Both the position numbers and the translations under genes were made by a program. A DNA stretch of 64,000 nt from Lacisediminihabitans sp. (lineage in GTDB: Bacteria; Actinomycetota; Actinomycetes; Actinomycetales; Microbacteriaceae), in the NCBI RefSeq assembly GCF_036569425.1, contig NZ_DATCQQ010000019.1, forward strand, positions 378 to 64,377. Direction: 5' to 3'. The notes below the pieces were generated by a model, which ran no database searches, was not told the origin of the DNA, and saw nothing but the letters and a program-made list of their open reading frames with translations. Each line of letters starts with the position of its first letter. The first letter of the stretch is position 1. Positions 1 to 10,428 of this stretch are shown here, in pieces.

Positions 1-478
1 CCTGGTTGAGCCCCATCCAACGCCAGGCGGGGGCGCTGAAGACCTCGCGCACAAACCAGGCGATCACGAAGTTATGGGTGATCAACAGGTCATGGCGGTC
101 CTCCCGCGCCGGCGTCAGCCACTCGGCCACGGCATCTGCCATCTGCGCCTCGCCGGCCTCGATCTCCTGGCGCGTGACCGAGCCGAAGAATGGCTCGAAG
201 GCGTGCGGCATGTCGGGGGTCGGGCCGGAGGGGATGCAGTCGAAGAGCAGCGCGGACGGCTGGGCGTCGAGGCTCGGCATGCTCGCCGTCATGATCTTCG
301 CCGTCTCTTCCGCACGCTGGAGCGGCGAATGCCACGCCCCGGTGAACGGCACGCCGCTCAGGCGATCGGCGACGAGTTTCGCCTGGCGCGCCCCGCGCGC
401 GGAGAGCGGTCCGTCCGGCAGTCCGTGCTCAGCGTCCTGCTGCTCGCCGTGCCTGACCAGATATATGAAGTGGGACAT
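1..478 (-). CDS. Histidine phosphatase (phosphoglycerate mutase-like) family protein, runs off the left edge
   Basis: Not in the ORF track; translated by hand from ATG at 478: MSHFIYLVRHGEQQD...WHSPLQRAEETA...LLITHNFVI. Contains the RHG motif, SPLxRA and the second His. Confidence 0.85.
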   Translation of the reverse strand, partial: MSHFIYLVRHGEQQDAEHGLPDGPLSARGARQAKLVADRLSGVPFTGAWHSPLQRAEETAKIMTASMPSLDAQPSALLFDCIPSGPTPDMPHAFEPFFGSVTRQEIEAGEAQMADAVAEWLTPAREDRHDLLITHNFVIAWFVREVFSAPAWRWMGLNQ

Positions 479-507
479 CGTTGTTCCTGAATTCCTTGGG
501 GTGCTGT

Positions 508-1863
508 TCACACGGCGATGGGCTCGAGCGCGAGTCCATCGAACGTCGCCGCGTCGATCGTGCCGACGGCGGCGATCGAGAGCGGTCGTGCCGCGAGCTC
601 GACGGCGAGCTCACGGACATCATGGGCGGTGACGAGCGACAGCCTGCGCAGCGACTCGTCGAGGTCGGCGAACTCGCCGAGGGTGATCTCCGAGCGGCCG
701 AGGCGCGACATCCGAGTATCGGAGTCCTCGAGCGCAAGCGCGGATGCCCCGCTCAACTGTCCGACGGCGCGGCGCATCTCGTCGTCGGTGATTCCCCCGG
801 TGGCAAGGCGCCGGAATTCGGAGAGCAGCAGTTCGGTGACCTGGGTCGCCTTGGCCGGCGAGCATCCGGCGTAGAGGCCGAACAGTCCGGCATCCGAGTA
901 GCTCGGCGAGAACGAGTAGACCGAGTACGCGAGGCCGCGCTTCTCCCGGATCTCCTGGAAGAGACGAGAGGACATTCCGCCCCCGAGCACGGAGTTGAGC
1001 ACGGCGAGCGTCGACCGGCGTTCGTCGGCGGCCGGGATGCCCGGCACGCCGAGCAGGATGTTCGCCTGTTCGATCGGGCGGTGAACCACCACGAGGGGGC
1101 TGCCGCGCTCGATCACGTCGTGGGTGGCGTCGCGCCGTTCGACGGGGGTCGCCTCGATGGAGAGGTCCCACCCCGCCGCGGTGAGCGCTCGCGTGACCCA
1201 AGCGACGAGTTCGTCGTGGTCGACAGCGCCGGCGACGGTGATCACGAGGTCGCGGGCTCGGTAGTTGGCTCGGTAGTGCTCCCAGACCGATTCGCGGGTG
1301 GCGGCCTGGATGGCCTCCGGGCTTCCCCCGATCGGCCGGCCAAGCGGATGCTCGCCGAGCACCGCCTCAAAGAATCGCTCGCTCGTGACGTCTGACGGGT
1401 CGTCGTCCGCCATCGCGAGCTCTTCGAGGATCACTCCGCGCTCGTTCTCGAACTCGATCGGGTCGATGACCGATGACGTGATCATGTCGGAGAGCACTTC
1501 CACCGCCATCGGAAGGTCCTTGTCCTGCACCTTCGCGTAGTAGCAGGTGTATTCCTTCGCGGTCATCGCATTGTGCTCGCCGCCGACGGCATCGAAGCTC
1601 ACCGCGATGTCGAGGGCGGTGCGATTCGCGGTGCCCTTGAAGAGGAGGTGCTCGAGGAAGTGGGTGCTTCCGTACGTGGCGACCACCTCGTCGCGTGAGC
1701 CGACGGCCACCCAGTAGCCGATCGTCGCGCTTCTCGCCCCGGGAACCTGTTCGCTCAGCACACGCACGCCGCTTGGCAGAACGCTGCGTCGCACGAGGGA
1801 GTCGCCGGATGCGGTGAAGGTCAGTTCGGCCTGGTCGAGGGGAAGCGGGGCTGCACCAGTCAT
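508..1863 (-). CDS. M16 family (pitrilysin/insulinase-like) zinc peptidase
   Basis: HFLEH inverted zinc motif (HxxEH), NAMTAKEYTCYY, LGGGMSSRLFQEIREKRGLAYSVYS. Confidence 0.93.
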   Translation of the reverse strand: MTGAAPLPLDQAELTFTASGDSLVRRSVLPSGVRVLSEQVPGARSATIGYWVAVGSRDEVVATYGSTHFLEHLLFKGTANRTALDIAVSFDAVGGEHNAMTAKEYTCYYAKVQDKDLPMAVEVLSDMITSSVIDPIEFENERGVILEELAMADDDPSDVTSERFFEAVLGEHPLGRPIGGSPEAIQAATRESVWEHYRANYRARDLVITVAGAVDHDELVAWVTRALTAAGWDLSIEATPVERRDATHDVIERGSPLVVVHRPIEQANILLGVPGIPAADERRSTLAVLNSVLGGGMSSRLFQEIREKRGLAYSVYSFSPSYSDAGLFGLYAGCSPAKATQVTELLLSEFRRLATGGITDDEMRRAVGQLSGASALALEDSDTRMSRLGRSEITLGEFADLDESLRRLSLVTAHDVRELAVELAARPLSIAAVGTIDAATFDGLALEPIAV

Positions 1864-2080
1864 TGCACAGAGCCTACGTCACGAGCGCCGATGGAGGGAT
1901 TCGGGGACACCCGGAGGGACCCCCGAAGAGGCCCCCGAACTGGGGTGCACCCTTCCCGAAAAAAGAGGACAAACCGACTTGTCTGTCCTCATCGCTGTGT
2001 TAGTGTGTTAAACGTCAGACGAACCACCCGAAGGTTCGTCCGACAGCTCGCCACCCGAGGCGAGCGAACCACATAATACA

Positions 2081-2101
2081 CCGCAAGCACAATGCTTGCG
2101 G
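2081..2101. promoter_or_regulatory. Perfect 9-bp inverted repeat, candidate operator upstream of the TetR gene
   Basis: CCGCAAGCA-caa-TGCTTGCGG immediately 3' of a CATAAT -10-like hexamer (2072-2077). Confidence 0.45.
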
Positions 2102-2188
2102 GGCAAAACGTCGGACCACCCCCGAGGTCCGGCCTGCTGCCGAACGGCTTGGAGGACACCTAGCCGAAAAGCCCGAGGGAGCCACGCT

Positions 2189-2815
2189 GTGCCGATTGTT
2201 GAGACTGATCCGATCGGCCAGCGCGCCCGGGTATCCCGGCCGCACCGGGTGCACCCGCCCGCACCGGCGAAGATCCGCATCCTGGAGACCGCCAACCGGC
2301 TCTTCTACGACGAGGGCATCCGCAGCGTCGGAATCGACCGGCTGATCAGCGAGTCCGGCGTCACCAAGGCCACCTTCTACAAGCATTACGGGTCGAAGGA
2401 CCGCCTCATCCTCGACTACGTCACGGCGCGCCACCAGAGCTTCGTCGCCGCTCTCAACGCGCTCGTCGAGGCCACCCCCGATCCGGCAGACGCCATTCGC
2501 GCGCACACCGCTGACGTTGTCGCGACCATCGAGGCGCCCGGGTTCCGGGGCTGCGCGTTCATCAACGCGGCCATCGAGTTCACCGACGTTCGCCACCCGG
2601 TGCGAGAACTGGTGCTCGAACACCGCGACTGGTACGCGGGCGTCATCACCGACCTCTTCAAGGCGATCGGACATCCTCTGCCCGGCGACGCCGGCGACGA
2701 GTTCGTGCTCGCCCGCGACGGCGCGCTGACCGGGGGCTACGTCGGCGATTCGATCGCCGCGGTCGCCGCCCTGCAGCGAGTTGCCGAGCGCATCCTCGCC
2801 GACAGCCGACGCTGA
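2189..2815 (+). CDS. TetR/AcrR family transcriptional regulator
   Basis: RILETANRLFYDEGIRSVGIDRLISESGVTKATFYKHYGSKD helix-turn-helix; C-terminal GCAFINAAIEF. GTG start at 2189 preferred over the ORF start at 2096. Confidence 0.92.
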   Translation: MPIVETDPIGQRARVSRPHRVHPPAPAKIRILETANRLFYDEGIRSVGIDRLISESGVTKATFYKHYGSKDRLILDYVTARHQSFVAALNALVEATPDPADAIRAHTADVVATIEAPGFRGCAFINAAIEFTDVRHPVRELVLEHRDWYAGVITDLFKAIGHPLPGDAGDEFVLARDGALTGGYVGDSIAAVAALQRVAERILADSRR

Positions 2816-2927
2816 GCGTTCTCGAGCTTCCCTCCCCGTCGGCGACCGCTGGCGTTCGTTAGTCTGGCCTTCGCTAGTCTAGGGAGCGGTCACCGCACCG
2901 GCGGCCGTCGTTCGTCGAGAGGACCCC

Positions 2928-3272
2928 ATGACCGTCACGCTCACCTGGCTGCTGATCATCACGATTCTGGCCGCGGCCCTGGCCGTCTACGACGGAATCG
3001 TCAGACTGCGGGGCAAGCGTGGCAACTCGTTCCTCGCCGTGGCAGAGCTCGTGCTGGCGGGGCTAATGCTCGTCTCCGTGTTCGTCGCCCTGCCCGTGCC
3101 GTTCACCACGTTCGTCTTCTCGCTCGTGCTCGAGGCCGTGCTCATTGCGCTCGTGATCCTGCCGGGCAAGCGTCGCGGTGGTTCGTCGACGGCCACGTTC
3201 ATCGCACTCGTGCTCAACTCGGTCGTCGTTCTCATCGCCGCCGGCTGGCTGCACATCCCGGGTCTCGGCTAA
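2928..3272 (+). CDS. Small 4-TM membrane protein, hypothetical
   Basis: GAGGA RBS before ATG; four hydrophobic segments separated by basic loops; GC3-rich codons. Confidence 0.75.
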   Translation: MTVTLTWLLIITILAAALAVYDGIVRLRGKRGNSFLAVAELVLAGLMLVSVFVALPVPFTTFVFSLVLEAVLIALVILPGKRRGGSSTATFIALVLNSVVVLIAAGWLHIPGLG

Positions 3273-3296
3273 CTGCGCCGGTCGGCCGCGGTCGGC

Positions 3297-4298
3297 TCAG
3301 ACCGAGGCGCGGTCGAGTTCGGCCAGCTGGTGGCGACTCAACTGCACGTGCGCCGCCGCAACGAGCTCGCGCACTTGGTCTGCGCCTGTCGCGCTCGCAA
3401 CGGGTGCCACGATGTCCGGCTTCGACAACAGCCAGGCGAGGGCGATCGCCCCGACGCTCACCCGCTGTTCCCAGGCCACCTGGTCCAGGGTCGCGAGCAC
3501 GCGCAGGCCGCGCTTGTTGAGGTACTGCGCGGACTCCTTGCCCCGGCTGTTGCGCGCGAGGTCGGCCCTGGTGCGGTACTTGCCGGTGAGGAAGCCGCTC
3601 GCGAGCGCGAAGCGGGGCATCACGCCGAGGCGCTGCTGGCTTGCCGCTCGCGCGAGGTCACCCTCGAATTCCTTGCGGTGCACGAGGTTGTAGTGATTCT
3701 GCAGGGCGACCATGGGCGTCACACCGAGCTGCGCCGCGATGACCCTGGCCTCGATGAGCCGGTTGCCGGAATGGTCGGACGCTCCGGAGAACCGTACCTT
3801 GCCGGCCCGGACCAGGTCGTCCACGGCGAGCAGCGTCTCCTCGAAGTCCACCGTGTGGTCGTCGATGTGCAGGTAGAGCAGGTCGATGAAGTCGGTGCCG
3901 AGCCGCTCGAGCGAGGCGTCGACTGCACGGCGAATCGCGCCGGCCGAGAGGCCCGGGTTGTCCGCGCTCTTGCCGATCTTGGTCGCGACCACCATCTCCG
4001 CCCGGTTGCGGCGGTCGCGCATCCAGTTGCCGATCATGATCTCGCTACGGCCACCCGCATAGGAGTCGGCCGTGTCGACGAAGTTGCCGCCGTGCTCGGC
4101 ATAGGCGTCGAGAATGTCTGTCGTGGTGTCGGTGTCGGCCTTCCAGCCGAAGACGTTGCCGCCGATCGCCAGCGGAAAGACACTGAGATCGGACTGGCCG
4201 AGTCGGCGGCGGGCGCGCGTCAGGACCATCGGCTGGGTATCCCCCAACGCCGATGCGCTCTCTGCGGCCTTCGCTGTGTCGGGCAATACCCGTGTCAT
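3297..4298 (-). CDS. Aldo/keto reductase
   Basis: GGNVFG, FVDTADSY, SEIMIG, VATK, SLERLGTDFIDLLYLH, LQNHYNL. Start (4298 or 4304) uncertain. Confidence 0.93.
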   Translation of the reverse strand: MTRVLPDTAKAAESASALGDTQPMVLTRARRRLGQSDLSVFPLAIGGNVFGWKADTDTTTDILDAYAEHGGNFVDTADSYAGGRSEIMIGNWMRDRRNRAEMVVATKIGKSADNPGLSAGAIRRAVDASLERLGTDFIDLLYLHIDDHTVDFEETLLAVDDLVRAGKVRFSGASDHSGNRLIEARVIAAQLGVTPMVALQNHYNLVHRKEFEGDLARAASQQRLGVMPRFALASGFLTGKYRTRADLARNSRGKESAQYLNKRGLRVLATLDQVAWEQRVSVGAIALAWLLSKPDIVAPVASATGADQVRELVAAAHVQLSRHQLAELDRASV

Positions 4299-4629
4299 TT
4301 CCACCCCCCGGTGTTATCTATCGACCGCCGGCGAAATCAGGTAACCAGCTGTCTGATTTCGACCATAGGTCAGCCGTGTGACAAACCGTGGAAGCTCGTG
4401 TGAATTGTGGGTTAAGTACCCGAATCGTTATCATTCGCGCGGCAGTTTCGGCGAAGGCTGGGAGAATCCTTGGCAGCCGCCGGGGATTCCTCGAGTTCAC
4501 TGGCAAACAGAGGGCCCGTTGCCTAGGTTCGAAGGCGTAGAGGATGCGCCAAACGCATTTGAGGAACCACCGCCCACAGCGTGCTGTGGTTTCGTCACAG
4601 TCTCGCGCCGACTCTAAACGGGCGACAGG

Positions 4630-4661
4630 AGGGCCGCCGGCTTCGGGTGCCGGGCGGCCCT
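4630..4661 (-). terminator. GC-rich hairpin downstream of the mcc/citE operon
   Basis: AGGGCCGCC...GGCGGCCCT stem about 30 bp past the citE stop codon. Confidence 0.6.
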
Positions 4662-4688
4662 TCGCCAATTCGACGGTGGAGCGGTCGT

Positions 4689-5495
4689 TCAGTGACCGGC
4701 GCGCTGAACCAGGCGCCGGGCGTGACCGAGGATCGGCCCGTCCACCATCTGCCCGTCGAAACGGAAGACCCCGGACTCGCCCTCCGCGGCCGCCAACAGT
4801 TCCCTCGCCAGCCGCAACTGCTCCTCGCCCGGGGTGTACGCCTCGCGGATCACCGCGACCTGGCTCGGATGCACGCACGCGGTCGCCGCGAATCCACTCT
4901 CGGCGGCATCCCGGGCCTCGTCGGCGAGACCGGCGAGATTCGGCAGGTCGAGGAACACCGCGTCGATCGCCGCCACGCCCGACGCCGCCGCGGCGAGGAG
5001 CACCGTCGAGCGCGCATGGCGCGCGACGTCGCGGTACCCTCCATCGGCGCGCCGGCTCGACGAGCCGGCCAGCGACACGAGGAGGTCCTCGGCGCCCCAC
5101 ATGAGCGCGACGACTCCCGGGGCGGCGGCGAGAGCCGGCGCGGCGAGAACGCCTGCCGCGGTCTCGCACAGGGCGATCACCTCGAGCCCGGCGAGGTCGT
5201 CGAGGTCCCGCACGCCCTGCGCCTTCGCGAGCATTACCGTTCGGTACGCGGTGAGCTCGAGCGCCTCCAGGTCGAGCACGAAGTCGGGTGTGGCCGCCGG
5301 GTTGAGCCGCACGATGGTGCGCTCGGGGTCGAGCGGGTTGGCGATGAGTGCCTCGCGAGCCGCCGCGCGGTTCTGCGGGGCCACCGCGTCCTCGAGGTCG
5401 ATGATCACGGCATCCGCCCGCACCTGCGCCTTCGCGAACCGGTCTGGCCGATCCGCCGGGCAGAACAGCAGCGACGGCCCCATCGTGAATGTCAC
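4689..5495 (-). CDS. citE: CitE-like HpcH/HpaI aldolase / CoA ester lyase
   Basis: SLLFCPADRP, IIDLEDAV, IVRLN, LCETAAG, WGAEDL, CVHPSQV, DGQMVD. GTG at 5495 overlaps the MaoC stop (GTGA). Confidence 0.9.
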   Translation of the reverse strand: MTFTMGPSLLFCPADRPDRFAKAQVRADAVIIDLEDAVAPQNRAAAREALIANPLDPERTIVRLNPAATPDFVLDLEALELTAYRTVMLAKAQGVRDLDDLAGLEVIALCETAAGVLAAPALAAAPGVVALMWGAEDLLVSLAGSSSRRADGGYRDVARHARSTVLLAAAASGVAAIDAVFLDLPNLAGLADEARDAAESGFAATACVHPSQVAVIREAYTPGEEQLRLARELLAAAEGESGVFRFDGQMVDGPILGHARRLVQRAGH

Positions 5496-5977
5496 CGCGA
5501 GGCTCCCTCGCACCAGACGAGCGCCGAGCGCAGCGCCGTCGCGACGACCACACCGTGCTGGTTGCGGCCGGTGTGCGCGAGGGTGACGATCCCCTGCCCC
5601 GGTCGGGATGCCGACAGCCGTTTGGCCTGAACGACGGTCTCGGAGTAGAGGGTGTCGCCATGAACGAGCGGATGCGGGAACGCGACCTCACCGAAGCCGA
5701 GGTTCGCGACGATCGTGCCCTGGGTCAGCTGGGTGACCGAGGCGCCCACGATCGTCGCGAGCGTGAACATCGAGTTGACGAGCCGTTCGCCGAACGGCTG
5801 CGTCGCGGCCCACGCCGCGTCCAGGTGAAGGGCCTGGGTGTTCATCGTGAGGGTCGTGAAGAGAACGTTGTCGGCCTCGGTCACCGTGCGGCCCGGACTG
5901 TGGCGGTAGACCACGTCGAACTCGAATTCCTCGAAGTAGAGCCCGCGCTGCTCCACGATGCGGCGTTCCTCGGTCAT
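5492..5977 (-). CDS. MaoC family (R)-specific enoyl-CoA hydratase/dehydratase
   Basis: GRTVTEADNVLFTTLTMNTQALHLDAAWA...GERLVNS hydratase-2 motif. Confidence 0.9.
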   Translation of the reverse strand: MTEERRIVEQRGLYFEEFEFDVVYRHSPGRTVTEADNVLFTTLTMNTQALHLDAAWAATQPFGERLVNSMFTLATIVGASVTQLTQGTIVANLGFGEVAFPHPLVHGDTLYSETVVQAKRLSASRPGQGIVTLAHTGRNQHGVVVATALRSALVWCEGASR

Positions 5978-6003
5978 GACGGTTCCTCCACTGCTCTCTG
6001 TTC

Positions 6004-8022
6004 CTATGACAGTACCGAGGCGACGACCTGGTCCGATCTGACCACGTCGCCCCGCGTGACGGCGAGGGTGACGGTGCCGCTCATGGTGGCGGTGACCCGG
6101 TGCTCCATCTTCATGGCCTCGACCACGAGAATGGTCTGCCCCTCCTCGACGGTGTCGCCACTGGCCACCGAGACCCCGACGACGGTGCCCGGCATGGGGG
6201 TGCGCACCTCCGGGCTTCGCGGCCCGTCGACGGCGACGGCGGCCACGAGCTGCGCCTCGCGCGAGCGAAGGCGCAGCGCCCGGGAGAAGCCGGCCCGGCC
6301 GAGCCAGATCGTCTGGCCGTCCCGCGCGAAGCGGAACGACTGCAGAACCCCGTCCAGCTCGAGAGTGAGGCCGTCGCCCGACACCTGCAGCCGCGCGCGA
6401 TGGGGCCGCCCGAGGGTGACGGTGGCGTCGCTCGGCTGCCCGACGACGGACACGTCGACGGCCGTCCCCGCCTCGGCGGCGAAGCTGTACCGGCTCGGTC
6501 GCGGCTCGCCCATCCGCCAGCCGCTATGGTGCGTCCACGGTTCCGACGCGGTGCCCACCGGCGGCGCGTCCCATCGAGCTTTGTGCTCGAGCAGCGCGGC
6601 GGCGGCGTACAGCGTGTCGTCCGGCTGCGGGAACACGAGCTCGGGCAGGCGGCGATCGATCAGTCCGGTGTCGAGGCGACCGCTCTGTACGTCCGGGTCG
6701 GCGAGCAGCAGCCGCAGGTACTCGATGTTCGTGCCGACGCCGAGAACGGTGGTGTCGGCGAGCGCCCGGTCGAGCAGGGCGAGGGCAATCGCGCGGTCCT
6801 CTCCCCACACCATGACCTTGGCGAGCAGCGGGTCGTAGTCGGCGGAGACGACCAGGCCGGGCAGCAGCGAGCTGTCCACCCGCACGCCGGCGCCGGTCGC
6901 CTCGCGCAGGGCGAGCACGCTCCCGGTGCTCGGCAGGAAGCCGCGCTCTGGGTCTTCCGCGTAGATCCTGGCCTCGATCGCGTGCCCGTGGAGCCGGATA
7001 TCACCCTGTCGCAGCGTGAGCGCCTGCCCGGCCGCGACGCGCAGTTGCCACTCGACGAGGTCCACCCCGGTGACGAGCTCGGTCACGCCGTGCTCGACCT
7101 GCAGACGGGTGTTCATCTCGATGAAGAACGCCTCGTCCTGGTCGTCGTTGCCGACGAGGAATTCGACGGTTCCCACCCCCGTGTAGCCGACGCTCCTGGC
7201 GACCGCGCAGGCGGCCTCGCCGATTCGCGCGCGGGCATCCGGGCTCAGCAGCGGCGACGGCGCCTCCTCGATCACCTTCTGGTGGCGGCGCTGGAGCGAG
7301 CATTCCCGCTCGCCCAGGTGGATGACGTTCCCGGCCCCGTCGGCGAGCACCTGAACCTCGATGTGGCGGGCCGGGGAGACGAGTCGCTCGAGGAGCAGGG
7401 TGTCGTCGCCGAAGGCGGCAACGGCGAGCCTCCGCGCCGCAGCCAGCGCCGCGGGAAGGGCGCCCGGTTCCCGCACGATCTCCATGCCCTTGCCCCCACC
7501 GCCGGCCGACGGTTTCACGAGCAGCGGATAGCCGATCGACTCGGCGGCGACGGCGAGTTGCTCGTCGCTGAGGCCCGGTTCCGCGATGCCGGGGATCACC
7601 GCGACGCCGTGCTCGGCGACGTGCTTTCTCGCCCGGATCTTGTCGCCCATGATCTCGAGCGCGTCGACCGCCGGCCCGACGAAGACGATGCCGGCGGCGG
7701 CGCACGCCGTGGCGAACTCCGCGTTCTCGGAGAGGAAGCCGTAGCCGGGATGGATGGCCCGCGCCCCGGAGGCGGTCGCTGCGGCGAGGATCGCGTCGGC
7801 GTTGAGGTAGCTCTCCCGCACGGATGCCGGCCCGATCCGCATGGCAAGGTCGGCGAGCGCGACGTGCTTCGCCCCGCGGTCCGCATCGCTGTAGACGGCG
7901 ACCGATCGGATGCCTAGCCTCCGGAGCGTGCCGATGATGCGGCAGGCGATCTCGCCGCGATTGGCGACGAGCACGGTATCGAAGGGGGCGGGGGTGACGA
8001 GTGCTGTGGTCACGGGCGTCAC
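6004..8022 (-). CDS. accA1: Acyl-CoA carboxylase alpha subunit (biotin carboxylase + BCCP), methylcrotonyl-CoA carboxylase-like
   Basis: [49 protein letters not shown] and the EAMKM biotin site. GTG at 8022 overlaps the upstream stop; the ORF track's 1122-aa call is over-extended. Confidence 0.93.
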   Translation of the reverse strand: MTPVTTALVTPAPFDTVLVANRGEIACRIIGTLRRLGIRSVAVYSDADRGAKHVALADLAMRIGPASVRESYLNADAILAAATASGARAIHPGYGFLSENAEFATACAAAGIVFVGPAVDALEIMGDKIRARKHVAEHGVAVIPGIAEPGLSDEQLAVAAESIGYPLLVKPSAGGGGKGMEIVREPGALPAALAAARRLAVAAFGDDTLLLERLVSPARHIEVQVLADGAGNVIHLGERECSLQRRHQKVIEEAPSPLLSPDARARIGEAACAVARSVGYTGVGTVEFLVGNDDQDEAFFIEMNTRLQVEHGVTELVTGVDLVEWQLRVAAGQALTLRQGDIRLHGHAIEARIYAEDPERGFLPSTGSVLALREATGAGVRVDSSLLPGLVVSADYDPLLAKVMVWGEDRAIALALLDRALADTTVLGVGTNIEYLRLLLADPDVQSGRLDTGLIDRRLPELVFPQPDDTLYAAAALLEHKARWDAPPVGTASEPWTHHSGWRMGEPRPSRYSFAAEAGTAVDVSVVGQPSDATVTLGRPHRARLQVSGDGLTLELDGVLQSFRFARDGQTIWLGRAGFSRALRLRSREAQLVAAVAVDGPRSPEVRTPMPGTVVGVSVASGDTVEEGQTILVVEAMKMEHRVTATMSGTVTLAVTRGDVVRSDQVVASVLS

Positions 8023-9626
8023 ATCCTGAACAGGCCGAAGGCGGTCTCGCCGAGGGGCGCGTGTGCACACACCCCGAGGGCGAGGCCGAGCACGGTGCGA
8101 GTGTCGGCCGGGTCGATCACGCCGTCGTCCCAGAGGCGGGCGGTGGAGTAATAGGGGCTGCCCTGCGTCTCGTACTGCTCGCGGATCGGGACGGTGAAGG
8201 CCGCCTCGTCGTCGGCCGACCACTCCTCTCCTCTGGACTCGAGCTGCTCCCGGCGCACGGTCGCGAGCACCGACGCGGCCTGCGGCCCGCCCATGACCGA
8301 GATCCGGCTGGCCGGCCACATCCAGAGGAACCGGGGAGAGTACGCGCGGCCGGCCATCGAGTAGTTGCCGGCGCCGAACGACCCACCGATCACCACCGTG
8401 AGCTTCGGAACGCGCGTCGTCGCCACCGCGGTGACCATCTTCGCCCCGTGCTTGGCGATGCCTCCCGCCTCGGCATCCCGACCCACCATGAAGCCGGAGA
8501 TGTTCTGCAGGAAGACGATCGGGATGCCCCGCTGGTCGCACAGCTCGATGAAGTGCGCGCCCTTGAGCGCGGAGTCGCTGAACAGCACGCCGGCGTTGGC
8601 GATGATGCCCACCGGATGCCCGTGCAGGTGAGCGAAACCGGTGACGAGGGTCTGGCCGTACTCCTTCTTGAATTCGTGGAACTCGCTCGCGTCCACGAGC
8701 CGGGCGATCACGGCACGCACCTCGTATGGCTCGAGAACATCCGTGGGCACCGCCCCGTAGAGCTCGGTCACGTCGGCGGCGGGCTCGCGGCTCGGCAGCA
8801 CGGCCCACGCCGTAGCGGACGGCGCGGGGAGCGTCTCGATGATGTCCCGCACGATCTGAAGGGCCTGCGCGTCGTTGTCGGCAAGGTGGTCGGTGACCCC
8901 GGAGATCCTGGCGTGCACGTCTCCCCCGCCGAGTTCCTCGGCGGTCACGATCTCGCCGATCGCCGCCTTCACGAGCGGCGGGCCGCCGAGGAAGATAGTG
9001 CCCTGTCCGCGCACGATCACCGCCTCGTCGCTCATCGCCGGAACGTAGGCGCCGCCGGCAGTGCAGGAGCCGAGCACGGCGGCGATCTGCGGGATCCTGG
9101 CCGCCGACATCCTGGCCTGGTTGAAGAAGATGCGGCCGAAGTGGTCGCGGTCGGCGAAGACCTCGTCCTGCCGCGGCAGGAACGCGCCGCCCGAGTCGAC
9201 GAGGTAGACGCACGGGAGACGGTTCTCGAGCGCGATCTCCTGGGCCCTCAGGTGCTTCTTGACCGTCATCGGGTAGTAGGTGCCGCCCTTGACCGTGGCG
9301 TCGTTGCAGATCACGAGCACGTGCCGCCCGTGCACGAGGCCGATGCCGGCGATCACGCCGGCGGCGGGGCACTCGTCGTTGTACAGGCCGTTCGCGGCGA
9401 GCGGGGCGATCTCGAGGAAGGGGCTGCCCTCATCCAGCAGTCGATCGATGCGCTCGCGCGGCAGGAGCTTTCCGCGCGCGACGTGACGATCCCGGGAGGC
9501 CTGGGGGCCGCCGGCCGCGGCGACGGCGAGCCGTTCCCGGAGGTCCGCCACGAGCGCCCGCTGGGCGGCGTCGTTGCGGCGGAAGGTCGCGCTCGCCGTG
9601 TCCTGCCGGTCGCTCAGAGTCTTCAT
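8019..9626 (-). CDS. accD1: Acyl-CoA carboxylase beta (carboxyltransferase) subunit, MccB-like
   Basis: [78 protein letters not shown]. Confidence 0.93.
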   Translation of the reverse strand: MKTLSDRQDTASATFRRNDAAQRALVADLRERLAVAAAGGPQASRDRHVARGKLLPRERIDRLLDEGSPFLEIAPLAANGLYNDECPAAGVIAGIGLVHGRHVLVICNDATVKGGTYYPMTVKKHLRAQEIALENRLPCVYLVDSGGAFLPRQDEVFADRDHFGRIFFNQARMSAARIPQIAAVLGSCTAGGAYVPAMSDEAVIVRGQGTIFLGGPPLVKAAIGEIVTAEELGGGDVHARISGVTDHLADNDAQALQIVRDIIETLPAPSATAWAVLPSREPAADVTELYGAVPTDVLEPYEVRAVIARLVDASEFHEFKKEYGQTLVTGFAHLHGHPVGIIANAGVLFSDSALKGAHFIELCDQRGIPIVFLQNISGFMVGRDAEAGGIAKHGAKMVTAVATTRVPKLTVVIGGSFGAGNYSMAGRAYSPRFLWMWPASRISVMGGPQAASVLATVRREQLESRGEEWSADDEAAFTVPIREQYETQGSPYYSTARLWDDGVIDPADTRTVLGLALGVCAHAPLGETAFGLFRM

Positions 9627-9658
9627 CGACAGGTCCCTCGTGCGCCCCCGCAAATTCG

Positions 9659-9699
9659 GTTAGTGCGCGTTAACTCAAATCAGGTTAGCGTTCATTAAC
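9659..9699. promoter_or_regulatory. Two tandem 16-bp operators (GTTAG-N6-TTAAC) for the divergent TetR
   Basis: gttagtgcgcgttaac at 9659-9674 and gttagcgttcattaac at 9684-9699. They match the GTTAA-N6-TTAAC type palindrome of AccR/BkaR repressors. Confidence 0.8.
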
Positions 9700-9744
9700 T
9701 GGAATTGTCTATAGTTGTGCAGAACACGCGGAAGAGGGACACTC

Positions 9745-10341
9745 ATGGCCGATGCTCCGGCAGAGCAGGCGACCGAACGCAGCCGGGCGAAGGCGGATCG
9801 ACGCGACGCGCTGCTCACCGCGGCGGCCAGGCTCTTCGCGGCCCGCGGCTTCAACGGCGTCTCGATCGAAGACCTCGGCTCGGCCGTGGGAATCAGCGGT
9901 CCCGCTGTCTACCGTCACTTCAGCGGGAAGCAGGCCGTGCTCGCCGCCCTGCTCGTCGGCGTGAGCGAAGACCTGCTGGCCGGCGGGCTCGCGGTCGTCG
10001 ACGCCGCGGCGAACGACACGGCCGCGCTTCGCGCGCTCATCCGCTTCCACACCGACTTCGCGCTCTCGAATCCGGAGGTGATCCGCGTGCAGGATCGCGA
10101 CCTGGAGAGCCTGGCCGACGAGGACAGCCACGCGGTGCGCACCCTGCAACGCCGCTACGTCGAGCTGTGGGTGGGGGTGCTCGCCCGCCGGAATCCGCGG
10201 GAAGACACGGCCGTGCTGCGGATGCGGGCGCACGCGACGTTCGGCCTGCTCAACTCGACGCCGCACTCGAGCAGCCGGTCGCTGCCCCGCGCCACCATGC
10301 ACGACGAGCTCGAGAAGATGGCCTGGGCGCTGCTCGGTTGA
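9745..10341 (+). CDS. TetR family repressor, BkaR/AccR-like
   Basis: LLTAAARLFAARGFNGVSIEDLGSAVGISGPAVYRHF; C-terminal HATFGLLNSTPHS; divergent from accD1. Confidence 0.9.
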   Translation: MADAPAEQATERSRAKADRRDALLTAAARLFAARGFNGVSIEDLGSAVGISGPAVYRHFSGKQAVLAALLVGVSEDLLAGGLAVVDAAANDTAALRALIRFHTDFALSNPEVIRVQDRDLESLADEDSHAVRTLQRRYVELWVGVLARRNPREDTAVLRMRAHATFGLLNSTPHSSSRSLPRATMHDELEKMAWALLG

Positions 10342-10428
10342 GGGCGCGCTCCCGACGCGGCACCCATGGCCCGCCTCGTGATCCGGCAGTCGGCAGAGCG
10401 GTGTCCCCGACGTCGATAGCCTGAAGGC

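Noticed and set aside
6004-9372. Apparent 1122-aa fusion ORF
   Set aside because: Only 6004-8022 is homologous to biotin carboxylase; the rest is an alternative frame of accD1.
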